NCBI GenBank assembly: GCA_050950505.1
Contig: JBMNHS010000001.1
Location: 448,001-512,000, forward strand
Source: Candidatus Methanomethylophilaceae archaeon
GTDB taxonomy: Archaea > Thermoplasmatota > Thermoplasmata > Methanomassiliicoccales > Methanomethylophilaceae
Length of the DNA: 64,000 bases
Reading direction: 5' to 3'
Part shown: piece after piece, positions 29,992 to 39,057 of the stretch
How the letters are laid out: each line of letters starts with the position of its first letter
Numbering within the stretch: position 1 is the first letter of the stretch
Position numbers and translations under genes: made by a program
The notes under the pieces: model-generated
Seen by the model: the letters and a program-made list of their open reading frames with translations, nothing else
The model's database searches: none
What the model was told of the DNA's origin: nothing

Positions 29992-32103
29992 TTAATGTCT
30001 AGAACGTTTATTTTTACCATCTGCCGGTTCAAAATCTTTATAATACTTGTCAATTATGGCTTTTAATTTTATTATCTTCTCATTTGTCAGATTATTATGC
30101 CTGTGTGTAAATGCATCATTAGGTATGGTGTTATAATTCCCATAAAGTCCCCTGAGCATCAAATCAGAATTTTTAGGAATCTTAATAGGTATATTTTCAA
30201 ACATTGCATCTTTCAAAGGTAATATGTCTGTTAGGGATAATGCACTTTTTGATGTTTCACCAATAGTCAAATTATCGATGCCCCACGTCGCCGATGTAGT
30301 TTTATCAATCTCTTTGGAATTGTAACTAATTCTATATTCTGAAATTATTTTTTCTAATTCCTTAATCTGATTGTCGTTTAATAAGGCTCCGGGCTCCAGT
30401 TCATTTTGAATTCTAAATTTGGTAGCCGCATTGCAGAGTTTTTTTCTATCCCGCCTATATATCTTTTCCAAAGAATCGGTTGTTGCTTTATATGCATCGA
30501 ATATGAATATGTCTATTCTAAAAATATATCCGTATCCTTTAAAACTCATGTTGTATATGTGATGCGGGCCATCATATATTCTGTACTCTTCTCTCAAATT
30601 CATGTTTGGGTAAAGTTTTTCAACAATGTCCTTAAGTTGATGTATTTCATGTCTGAACATCCCCACGTCTAAATCGTCATCCCATGGAATAAATCCCTGA
30701 TGTCGGACAGCACCCAATAAGGTCCCTGCAAAGGACCAGTATGTCAATCCGTGATCTTTGCATATTTTATCAAATTCCCTCATTAGTATTACCGAACAAA
30801 TTTGCAACAGACGTAGTTCGCCACTCGTAATAGGCATACGGTGAAAAAATTCGTTTTTTCCCTGATTTTCTAATTTGCTAAAATCTCGTTTAGATAAGTA
30901 TTTATTAAGTTTTGAATAGGATGTATTTGGATTCAATATGTCATTATCACTTAAAACTGATAAATCAATCGCCCACTCCATCCATGATAGTGCGATACTA
31001 TAATTTTGTTCTATAGATGCGTTACCGTTATAGTATATCGACGCGACTTTAGACATTGCATTTAATATTTTTCGTTGATTTAAAGAATCAAGATATGTGA
31101 CAACATCTAAAAAATTTGTACATGGTGGTATTTTAGGATATTCACCATTCAAATTTCCAATGCCCCAAAGGATATCAAACAGTTCTCTTGGAGCCCATTT
31201 CACACCGCCATCCACAGCCTTTCTCATCCACTCCGCCGCAACGTAAAGATTTTTTTCCACGCCTTTGCCGTGGTAGTATGCCCTTCCTAAGCGACCCATG
31301 GAAGCAAAATCTCCTTTTTTTGCGGATTCGGAAACGATGGAAATCATATCTTCATAGGATTCGGGGGATCCAATGCCCCAAAGGATATCAAACAGTTCTC
31401 TTGGAGCCCATTTCACACCGCCATCCACAGCCTTTCTCATCCACTCCGCCGCAACGTAAAGATTTTTTTCCACGCCTTTGCCGTGGTAGTATGCCCTTCC
31501 TAATCGACCCATGGAAGCAAAATCTCCTTTTTTTGCGGATTCGGAAACGATGGAAATCATATCTTCATAGGATTCGGGGGATCCAATATCCCAAAGGATA
31601 TCAAACAGTTCGCTTGGAGCCCATTTCACACCGCCATCCACAGCCTTTCTCATCCACTCCGCCGCAACGTAAAGATTTTTTTCCACGCCTTTGCCGTGGT
31701 AGTATGCCCTTCCTAATCGACCCATGGAAGCAAAATCTCCTTTTTTTGCGGATTCGGAAACGATGGAAATCATATCTTCATAGGATTCGGGGGATCCAAT
31801 ATCCCAAAGGATATCAAACAGTTCGCTTGGAGCCCATTTCACACCGCCATCCACAGCCTTTCTCATCCACTCCGCCGCAACGTAAAGATTTTTTTCCACG
31901 CCTTTGCCGTGGTAGTACATACGACCTATGTTATTCGCTACCGCGGGGTATTGATTGACAACTTCTACACATCTATCGAATGCAAACTTCCAGTTCTCGG
32001 AGTCTTTAGTTTTTAGTAAGGCATCTGTGGCCTCAGCAACATGTTCTGGTTGCTCTGCCATCTTTTTGAACCAATCTGCCGATTCATAAAAATCTTTTTT
32101 CAT
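29992..32103 (-). CDS. LicD-family phosphotransferase with N-terminal SEL1-like tandem repeats
   Basis: YW..AGTLLGAVRHQGFIPWDDDLDVGM and IDIF LicD motifs; GRAYYHGKGVEKNLYVAAEWMRKA repeats. Confidence 0.9.
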   Translation of the reverse strand: MKKDFYESADWFKKMAEQPEHVAEATDALLKTKDSENWKFAFDRCVEVVNQYPAVANNIGRMYYHGKGVEKNLYVAAEWMRKAVDGGVKWAPSELFDILWDIGSPESYEDMISIVSESAKKGDFASMGRLGRAYYHGKGVEKNLYVAAEWMRKAVDGGVKWAPSELFDILWDIGSPESYEDMISIVSESAKKGDFASMGRLGRAYYHGKGVEKNLYVAAEWMRKAVDGGVKWAPRELFDILWGIGSPESYEDMISIVSESAKKGDFASMGRLGRAYYHGKGVEKNLYVAAEWMRKAVDGGVKWAPRELFDILWGIGNLNGEYPKIPPCTNFLDVVTYLDSLNQRKILNAMSKVASIYYNGNASIEQNYSIALSWMEWAIDLSVLSDNDILNPNTSYSKLNKYLSKRDFSKLENQGKNEFFHRMPITSGELRLLQICSVILMREFDKICKDHGLTYWSFAGTLLGAVRHQGFIPWDDDLDVGMFRHEIHQLKDIVEKLYPNMNLREEYRIYDGPHHIYNMSFKGYGYIFRIDIFIFDAYKATTDSLEKIYRRDRKKLCNAATKFRIQNELEPGALLNDNQIKELEKIISEYRISYNSKEIDKTTSATWGIDNLTIGETSKSALSLTDILPLKDAMFENIPIKIPKNSDLMLRGLYGNYNTIPNDAFTHRHNNLTNEKIIKLKAIIDKYYKDFEPADGKNKRSRH
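31157..31917. repeat. 213-bp near-perfect coding tandem repeat, about 3.5 copies
   Basis: Units start at 31157, 31370, 31583 and 31796 with only a few substitutions; each encodes 71 aa. Confidence 0.97.
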
Positions 32104-32422
32104 ACGCTTATCTTCACCATATATAAGTCCACAATACTAAATCGTTTTTCTCGACGGATTGAAAGAGATTCAGAACAATTCTTCAATCGTTTGCATTCAA
32201 GTTTAGCATATACGAGCCAAGGTAAATTAAGTTTGTAATATTTTATTATAATTAACTGCATGAAATGGAGATAGTTTTCAGATAACGTATAGTCTCTTTA
32301 CAAAAACTGATCAAAAAGGCTGTCATTCATTGGCTCATATCTTTTAAGTTTGCAGTTCTCGGCGGTTTCCGTTTGGCGGAAAATAATAAAATGTCTCGTG
32401 GAAGGAGAAGATTATACTAAAA

Positions 32423-34238
32423 CCGTAATTCCCGAATGACGAGCTACAAGCGTGTAGCTACATTTTTCTGAGCCGTTTTTATTTATAAAGAGTATATATA
32501 TAGTATATAAGGCGAAGGCTTTATATTGTTGTAGCTCAATATATATATATACATATATATATAAATAATACATGAACATCCGCTACGAAGAGAGAAACGG
32601 CAGGAAATACGCTTACAGATGCACTTCCAAAAGGGAGCCAGGCAAGAAGTATCCCGTATCGAAGAAGGAGTATCTCAGAGTGGTCGATCCGGAGACCGGA
32701 AACCTGATTCCCAAGAAAGTGGAAACCGATTCGTTAAAATTCAGTCTTCAGGACGGCAAGTTCAGAATGAAGAACTACGGCGGTTCTATGATTGTGGACA
32801 CCGTTGCGAAGGAAATACACCTTCGCGAAGATCTAAGGGCATCCTTCGGCGATGCCGCGGACTTCATGCTAGTATTGGCCATGGGTCAGGCCATGGCACC
32901 TACCGCGTTCATGGATACCGCTTTGACTTTGGAATCGTCGTACATCCGCGAACTTGTCGGTATCGGCGAGATGGACATCTCGTCCCAACGTATGAGCGAG
33001 ATTACCCGCATATTGGGTGAGGCGTCGGGATGCACGGAGGACTTTTTCGCCCTGCGGGCGAAACGTTACAGCGACGGAACGTTTCTGTACGATATGACAT
33101 CTCAATCCACATATTCCGACGTCGGAGGATTCGCGGAATGGGGTAAGAACCGGGACGGAGAATCGTTGAAGCAACTGAATATCGGACTGGTGACCGGACT
33201 CGAAGGGGATCCGGTGGCGTTCGATCTCTTTCCCGGTTCCGTTTCCGATATAACGACACTGCGCAGATTCGCCGAGGATATGAGAGAACGGGTTCCCGGA
33301 TGCGTATTGGTCATGGACTGAGGATTCGAATCCGCCGGCAACGTGGCCGATCTTACGGAGCACGGCATGGATTTCATCATGCCGTGCACAGTATCGTCCA
33401 AGGCCGTGAAATCCTTGATAACCGATTTCGCAAAAGACGTTTCCAAGCCGGAATACGACCGGATACATGACGGTCATGTGTACAGTGTCTGCGAACGCCG
33501 TCTCGGCGTAGCCGCAGACGGCGATTCCCGGGTGTACGTTACGGATGCCGATCCGGCATTCGAGAACTGCAGATTCAATGTCAGGGCATACATCTGCTAC
33601 GATTCCAAGAAGCGCAGCGACGACGAGCAGAAATTGAAGACAGCGTTGATGGCGAAGATCAAAGAGCTCAACGGAAAGAAGTTCGAGAACCCCGCCAAAT
33701 CGTTCATAAAGAAGACGGGCTGGATGGGCAAGTATCTGGAATACACTATCGACGATGAAGGAAAGATGACCGTGGGTTACAAGAACAACGCCATGACGTT
33801 CTTCAGAAACCGTGCAGGAATGTTCGTAATGCTTACACCGACCGTCGATTGGGAGACGGTGATGACCGCGTATGACGCGAGGAACAATGTTGAGATGGCG
33901 TTCGATATATTCAAGAACGAATTGGACGGGAAACGCGGACGCACCGGGGATCCGGTGCGTGCAAGGGGACGTCTTTTAATCAAATTCTTGGCGCTGATGA
34001 TTCGTGTAAGAATGCAGATTGCGGTCTCCGGGAGCAAGGTAAAGAACCTGACTGTGGAGAATGCGCTGATGTCCGCCGCGACGTACGAGATCGTGAAGGA
34101 CCGTGGCGTGAATATCAGATCCGAGAAGACAAAACGCGTGAGGGAGATATTCGAGGCGTTCGGGGTCGAAGACCCCGAGCGATTCGAGCTTGTCTCTCAG
34201 AAGTCATGAAACATGTAGCTCAATTCCGGGGATTTCGG
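32423..34238 (+). mobile_element. IS1634-family insertion sequence (element B) with 7-bp target-site duplication
   Basis: TIRs CCGTAATTCCCGAATGACGAGCTACA / TGTAGCTCAATTCCGGGGATTTCGG; ACTAAAA at 32416-32422 and 34239-34245. Confidence 0.9.
32572..34209 (+). pseudogene. IS1634-family transposase with one in-frame TGA (33319-33321)
   Basis: Two same-frame ORFs; YDMTS.STYS, WGKNRD, PGSVSD, VMD*GF (expected DRGF), Y..RN.VE..F..KN motifs. Confidence 0.88.
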
Positions 34239-34500
34239 ACTAAAACATCGAAACTTAACGGAAACTTCCGTTTGCAAAAGCACATATTTCAGCGAAAGTC
34301 AGAGCGATGACAGTCATTAGTTCAAACTTGGATTTTATTATTGTTTCTTGCAGAATTGCAAGTGTGAATTTAGGATCAAGTGTCAAAATATTAGTTTTCA
34401 AGTGATGAGGTGACTCGGTTTAATATAATCATGGACGACAACAAACTCATATTTTTCCTCATAATCAATTGATATCTTATTCAGTGTATAATCTATATTC

Positions 34501-36264
34501 TTACTCTAATTTTAGATATTTCATCCAGAAGTCTACATTTGTAATCTTGTCCTTATTTTTTCTATATTCTGATTTTACAATATCGTACTCTTTCCATACT
34601 GATATTAAAACTGTAAACGTCCGTTTCATTTCTTTAAGAGCACACCTTATATTCTTCGAAGTAACAAAGGCCCTTTTGTTACTGTAATCATAGTTTAGAA
34701 CCTTATGTGCACGGTTGAATTTATGATTGGGCGGGTTATAAACATTCACTGTAACATTTTTATTGGTAGGTAATATTAAATTTATAAACCAGGGGTATGG
34801 GCGAACTTTATTTTGTAAGTCTGCACCTAAATCAGAATATGAAAATTCCATTTTTAAGTTTGAAACTGGTTCTAATTTATAACCCAAAGCCATTATATTT
34901 TTGTGCAGCATCTCCCCATCTTCAGACTTTAACCAGACATATCCCCTAAGAAAGTCCTCTACGCCTTTTGTTAGCAGCTTTGCATTCTTGTATCGGTACC
35001 GAGTCATTTCTGAAGACCATTGTTTAAGATAGTCTCTTATCAGTTGTTTTTTTGTATATCCAATGTTATGAAGAGAATTCAAAATCAGCTTATTTCTTAA
35101 TATGTAATAATATGTGGATGAAGAATATTTATTTTCAAAAGGCTCATGCCAAACACATATTCCATTCAGTAGAATTAAATTACCTATATTGCGCAATCCG
35201 AATTCAATATCGTCTCCTCTGAAAAATATAGGTATCGGCAATCCATTTTCGATTATCTTTTTGAGAGGGATGGCACAGTACCACCAAGCGTTATAATCAA
35301 CAGATTCTTCAATTTCATTAAAAAGACAAGCCTCACAAGACGTCAGGTTCAAACCATTTTTTAATGAATGTACGCTCGCTCCATTCCATTTTGCGCCAGA
35401 TTCTATTTGGATATTTTGTTCATCTAAACTAAGCATGGCGCCTCCTATGAACGCATCCTGGTATTCTCTTTTTAGAATTGAAAGTATTGCGTATGTACGA
35501 TATATGGATTCAACATCGAATAAAATGTCGTCATCCATCAGTATGACATGAGTAGTCTTGTTATCACACTGAGCCTCGATCATACATCTGGCAAAACCCC
35601 CCGCACCACCGGTATTCTTATTCTTTATCAATTTAATGTAAGCAGGGTCAAATTCAGAGTCTAGCGTATTCCCATTGTCTGAGATGTATATCCTCATCTT
35701 ATCTTTTGGGAGTGGCGTATTCCCATTATCTAATACGTTTACGATCCGATTCACATTCTCAATGACGTATCGTTCTCTCTTGTAGGTGCATATACATAGT
35801 CCAAGATCAACGTGATTTATTTTACTATGGCATATTTCAGATGAATAATAGCCATCCAATATCTGAGAATAATCTTCGAGCGATATAATTTCAAAAGTTA
35901 ATATTCCAGACGATTTATCAGGATACTCAATTGTAATTTCGTCCTCAGTAACGGATCCAAAAATTATTTCATCCAATACGACGGTCTTGCATTTTTTATT
36001 AATGAGACGCTCTTTATGAATTAATCTTATGCTGAATTTACCTTTTAGGCGGAGAGTTAAGGATACGTTAGTTATTTCTGTATATTTTTTCCATTTATCG
36101 ATGTAGAAGCCATTAAAATACGTATCAAATAGTGCTACTTCCTCTGAATTTAAAGTTATGCGGCTATCATTAAAAGAGTAACACTTATCATCATTTATTC
36201 TGAAATATAAATCAAATATTGAACACACATTGGTTTTTGGAAATATTATATTCTGAAGAATCAC
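34501..36264 (-). CDS. GlfT2-like GT2 galactofuranosyltransferase
   Basis: FDTYFN.F N-terminal domain; ICTYKRE, NTGGAGGF, LMDDD, AWWYC, GDDIEFGLR, VWH motifs. Confidence 0.85.
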   Translation of the reverse strand: MILQNIIFPKTNVCSIFDLYFRINDDKCYSFNDSRITLNSEEVALFDTYFNGFYIDKWKKYTEITNVSLTLRLKGKFSIRLIHKERLINKKCKTVVLDEIIFGSVTEDEITIEYPDKSSGILTFEIISLEDYSQILDGYYSSEICHSKINHVDLGLCICTYKRERYVIENVNRIVNVLDNGNTPLPKDKMRIYISDNGNTLDSEFDPAYIKLIKNKNTGGAGGFARCMIEAQCDNKTTHVILMDDDILFDVESIYRTYAILSILKREYQDAFIGGAMLSLDEQNIQIESGAKWNGASVHSLKNGLNLTSCEACLFNEIEESVDYNAWWYCAIPLKKIIENGLPIPIFFRGDDIEFGLRNIGNLILLNGICVWHEPFENKYSSSTYYYILRNKLILNSLHNIGYTKKQLIRDYLKQWSSEMTRYRYKNAKLLTKGVEDFLRGYVWLKSEDGEMLHKNIMALGYKLEPVSNLKMEFSYSDLGADLQNKVRPYPWFINLILPTNKNVTVNVYNPPNHKFNRAHKVLNYDYSNKRAFVTSKNIRCALKEMKRTFTVLISVWKEYDIVKSEYRKNKDKITNVDFWMKYLKLE

Positions 36265-36594
36265 AGTTTGCCCTCAACCTTTAATTACAGGTCTAGATAC
36301 TATTTAATTTATTATATATTCCGACCAGATATTGCGGATGTAAGTATAGATATACTTCTGGTAAGTTTTTGACACATATTTTTGTACCACTTCCTATGAT
36401 TCTTCAACTGATAGGCTGAGATTTGCCCTCAAGAATAATCGTATTTCAAAAACAACTACCTAAGTGTGTTTCCAAATTGTACATGTTTAGGTGCCGGTAA
36501 TAAATATAGAAATTTCTGAAAACTTAAACGTTCGATGTTTGGCATACACCTATGATAGTATATATGATAGATATGGTATGGATGATGTTAATCT

Positions 36595-38130
36595 ATGGAA
36601 CTTTATAAGGTATCCACGAAGTACAAACTATGCGGATCCGACAATTTGTATTTGCGTATAAGATCGGGGGCAATCGAAAGGTTGGAAGATGTGTATATTT
36701 TACAACCGGATACCGAAATATCCACCGATACATACTTCAATCTTTTTTCAAGTTCCAAATACGGCACCCATACATCTGCTAAAAAAATAACGATAATGAC
36801 AGTTGTATCGGGTGACATAGAAGTAGAGTTACGGTATTTTACGAAACACACGGATAAACGCGTTGATTCCAGAAAAATAACATCAGACGCGGAAGCGGAA
36901 GTGTCTTTTACTTTCGATATAAGTGATTTAGACGACTCCGAGCCTGTGTGCCATTATATTCTTTACAGATCAATAAAAGCGTCTAAAATCTATTCATTCG
37001 GATCGTATATGGCGGATTCAGTGCCGAACCTTGTGAATCTCGGGGTAGTGATATGCACATTCAGGAGAGAGTTGCGGGCAATGGAGACGCTGGACAGGAT
37101 AGCGGAAATAATGCTTTCCGAGGAATATGTGACCCCGGAATTAACCGTATATCTCGTCGATAACGGGAAAACTATAGAGAATCAAGACATACGGTATGAC
37201 TTTGTCAAGTTGATACCCAATGAAAATACAGGAGGATCCGGTGGCTATACCAGGGGGATGTTGGAAGCCCGCAATGAACAAAAAACACATATTTTGTTGA
37301 TGGATGACGATGTTTACATAGATCCGAACGTAATATACAAAACGGTCAATTTCATATCTATATTGAATGAAGACCGCGCCGATTCATTCATTCTGGGCGG
37401 GATGTTATTGCCGGAATCCCCCACTGTTCAGTATGAAGCCGGCGCGGAATGGTTACCCGATTTCAGAGGCAGGAAATCAATGTTGGATCTTTCCGAAAAG
37501 GAATCTTTACTGCTTAATGATAAACGAGAACCTGCACAATACGGCGGATGGTGGTATCAATGTATGCCGGTATCCGCGACAGATAAACTACCACTTCCAT
37601 TTTTTATAAAAATGGACGATGTTTTATTCGGCATAATGCGCATGAACAATCATGTTGTAATGAATGGAATCGGAATCTGGCATGATAGTTTTGAAAGCAA
37701 AATAAATCCTGTAGTGGATTTTTATTTCTTACGAAGAAACGGTTTGATTTTGGATTCCATATTCAACAGGCGTAACGGATTCAGAATAGGTGCATATTAC
37801 ATGCGCATCTTGCTCCACTGTATCAAAAAACAAGGAAACAAGGAATATTTTTTTACTAAAATGGCCATTGAAGATTTTTTGAAAGGTCCGGACATGTTCT
37901 CAACAGTCAAAGGAGAAGACATCCTATCTATACCCGTTACGAACTATTTTGAACATCCCGACTCTAAAAATCCAACTGCCGAATCACTATTAAAAAACAA
38001 CACACTCAAGGAAATTCACAATTCGATCCGAATCTGCCTTCGTCTCTTAACAGAATGGAACTCCGTAAGTGAAAATTATAAAAAAAATATACATTACTAT
38101 TCTTCTGAAGAATTTTGGAGAAATATATGA
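36595..38130 (+). CDS. GlfT2-like GT2 galactofuranosyltransferase, paralog
   Basis: TDTYFNLFS, ICTFRRE, NTGGSGGY, LMDDD, GGWWYQC, IKMDD, IWHD motifs. Confidence 0.83.
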   Translation: MELYKVSTKYKLCGSDNLYLRIRSGAIERLEDVYILQPDTEISTDTYFNLFSSSKYGTHTSAKKITIMTVVSGDIEVELRYFTKHTDKRVDSRKITSDAEAEVSFTFDISDLDDSEPVCHYILYRSIKASKIYSFGSYMADSVPNLVNLGVVICTFRRELRAMETLDRIAEIMLSEEYVTPELTVYLVDNGKTIENQDIRYDFVKLIPNENTGGSGGYTRGMLEARNEQKTHILLMDDDVYIDPNVIYKTVNFISILNEDRADSFILGGMLLPESPTVQYEAGAEWLPDFRGRKSMLDLSEKESLLLNDKREPAQYGGWWYQCMPVSATDKLPLPFFIKMDDVLFGIMRMNNHVVMNGIGIWHDSFESKINPVVDFYFLRRNGLILDSIFNRRNGFRIGAYYMRILLHCIKKQGNKEYFFTKMAIEDFLKGPDMFSTVKGEDILSIPVTNYFEHPDSKNPTAESLLKNNTLKEIHNSIRICLRLLTEWNSVSENYKKNIHYYSSEEFWRNI

Positions 38131-38262
38131 ATCACCCGCTTCAGATATGCAAATTATCCGTATCGTGTAATTGATGCACGATTACAGAGTTTTTGTATGG
38201 GCGTGCAGTAAAGCATAAATGTATATGTCATTTCAATAATACTTCAGGCAGGACGCAGGTAT

Positions 38263-39057
38263 ATGGCATTTAGGGATGCAGTCAAAGGAAAACTGAGCGA
38301 ACTATACAGTTTCAGGCATATGTATTACTCTCTGGTACAAAGGAGCCTATTCGGAAAGTATAGGAATTCCGCATTAGGATTTCTTTGGAATTTTTTAACC
38401 CCCGCAATCTCTATTTTACTGTTCTATATTGTTTTTGAAAATTTTATGGGTCAGAATATTGACAACTACTGGGCTTACTTGTGCGTAGGAATGTTTCCGT
38501 TTCAATTTATGAATCAAAACCTTATCGGAGGAGCATCCAACATAACGTCGAATGGAGGCATGGTCAAGAAGATATACTTCCCAAGAGAAATTTTGTCATT
38601 GTCCCAAGTCACATACACATTCATCATTTTTCTGATATCCTATGGAATCGTCATATCATTAATGATCGCTACAGGCATATTTCCAACGGGGGGTTTGCTC
38701 GCTCTGCCCATTATAATTCTGACTATGTTCTTATTTTCACTAGGAACAATAATGCTGACATCTTCAATTTCAGTATATTCCCGAGATTTCGAATATCTTA
38801 TAACCGCTTTTTCAAGAGTGTTGTTCTGGGTAACGCCTATATTCTATCTGGCAGAAGCGAGGGCAGGGATATTATACACGATAATATGGTTCAACCCTCT
38901 GACGTATTTTGTAGAGGGATTTCATCACGCGGTCTGTTGGGGCACTATGCCCAGTACGGGACTGTTAATGGGTTGCGTATTGATTTCCATTGTTGTTTTC
39001 GTGATAGGAGCGTTAGTATTTTTTAAGCTCAAAGATGGATTCGCGGAGAGGATCTGA
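38263..39057 (+). CDS. wzm: Polysaccharide ABC-2 exporter permease (Wzm-like), copy 2
   Basis: Colinear, same-length paralog of 19925-20719. Confidence 0.93.
   Translation: MAFRDAVKGKLSELYSFRHMYYSLVQRSLFGKYRNSALGFLWNFLTPAISILLFYIVFENFMGQNIDNYWAYLCVGMFPFQFMNQNLIGGASNITSNGGMVKKIYFPREILSLSQVTYTFIIFLISYGIVISLMIATGIFPTGGLLALPIIILTMFLFSLGTIMLTSSISVYSRDFEYLITAFSRVLFWVTPIFYLAEARAGILYTIIWFNPLTYFVEGFHHAVCWGTMPSTGLLMGCVLISIVVFVIGALVFFKLKDGFAERI

Larger units (their letters stand above)
32197..34332 (-). mobile_element. Decayed non-autonomous (MITE-like) relative of IS element A, split by element B
   Basis: About 32290-32403 matches the reverse complement of 29769-29886; a degenerate TIR sits at about 32197; TAAAACATC.GAAAC and CAAACTTG after 34240 resemble the inverted left end of element A. 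Confidence 0.6.

Noticed and set aside
31157-31917. Repeat array as CRISPR or non-coding repeat
   Set aside because: Units are 213 bp, contiguous, spacer-free and in frame within the LicD gene; no cas genes in the window.
31188-31958. 256-aa plus-strand repetitive ORF
   Set aside because: Antisense shadow of the coding tandem repeat.
32491-32570. (TA)n-rich tract as a phase-variable microsatellite or origin
   Set aside because: It lies inside IS element B just upstream of the transposase and is best explained as its promoter and sub-terminal region.
33319-33321. Selenocysteine decoding of transposase TGA codons
   Set aside because: The position corresponds to Arg in DRGF, not Cys; no SECIS-like element recognised; element A has a further nonsense codon.
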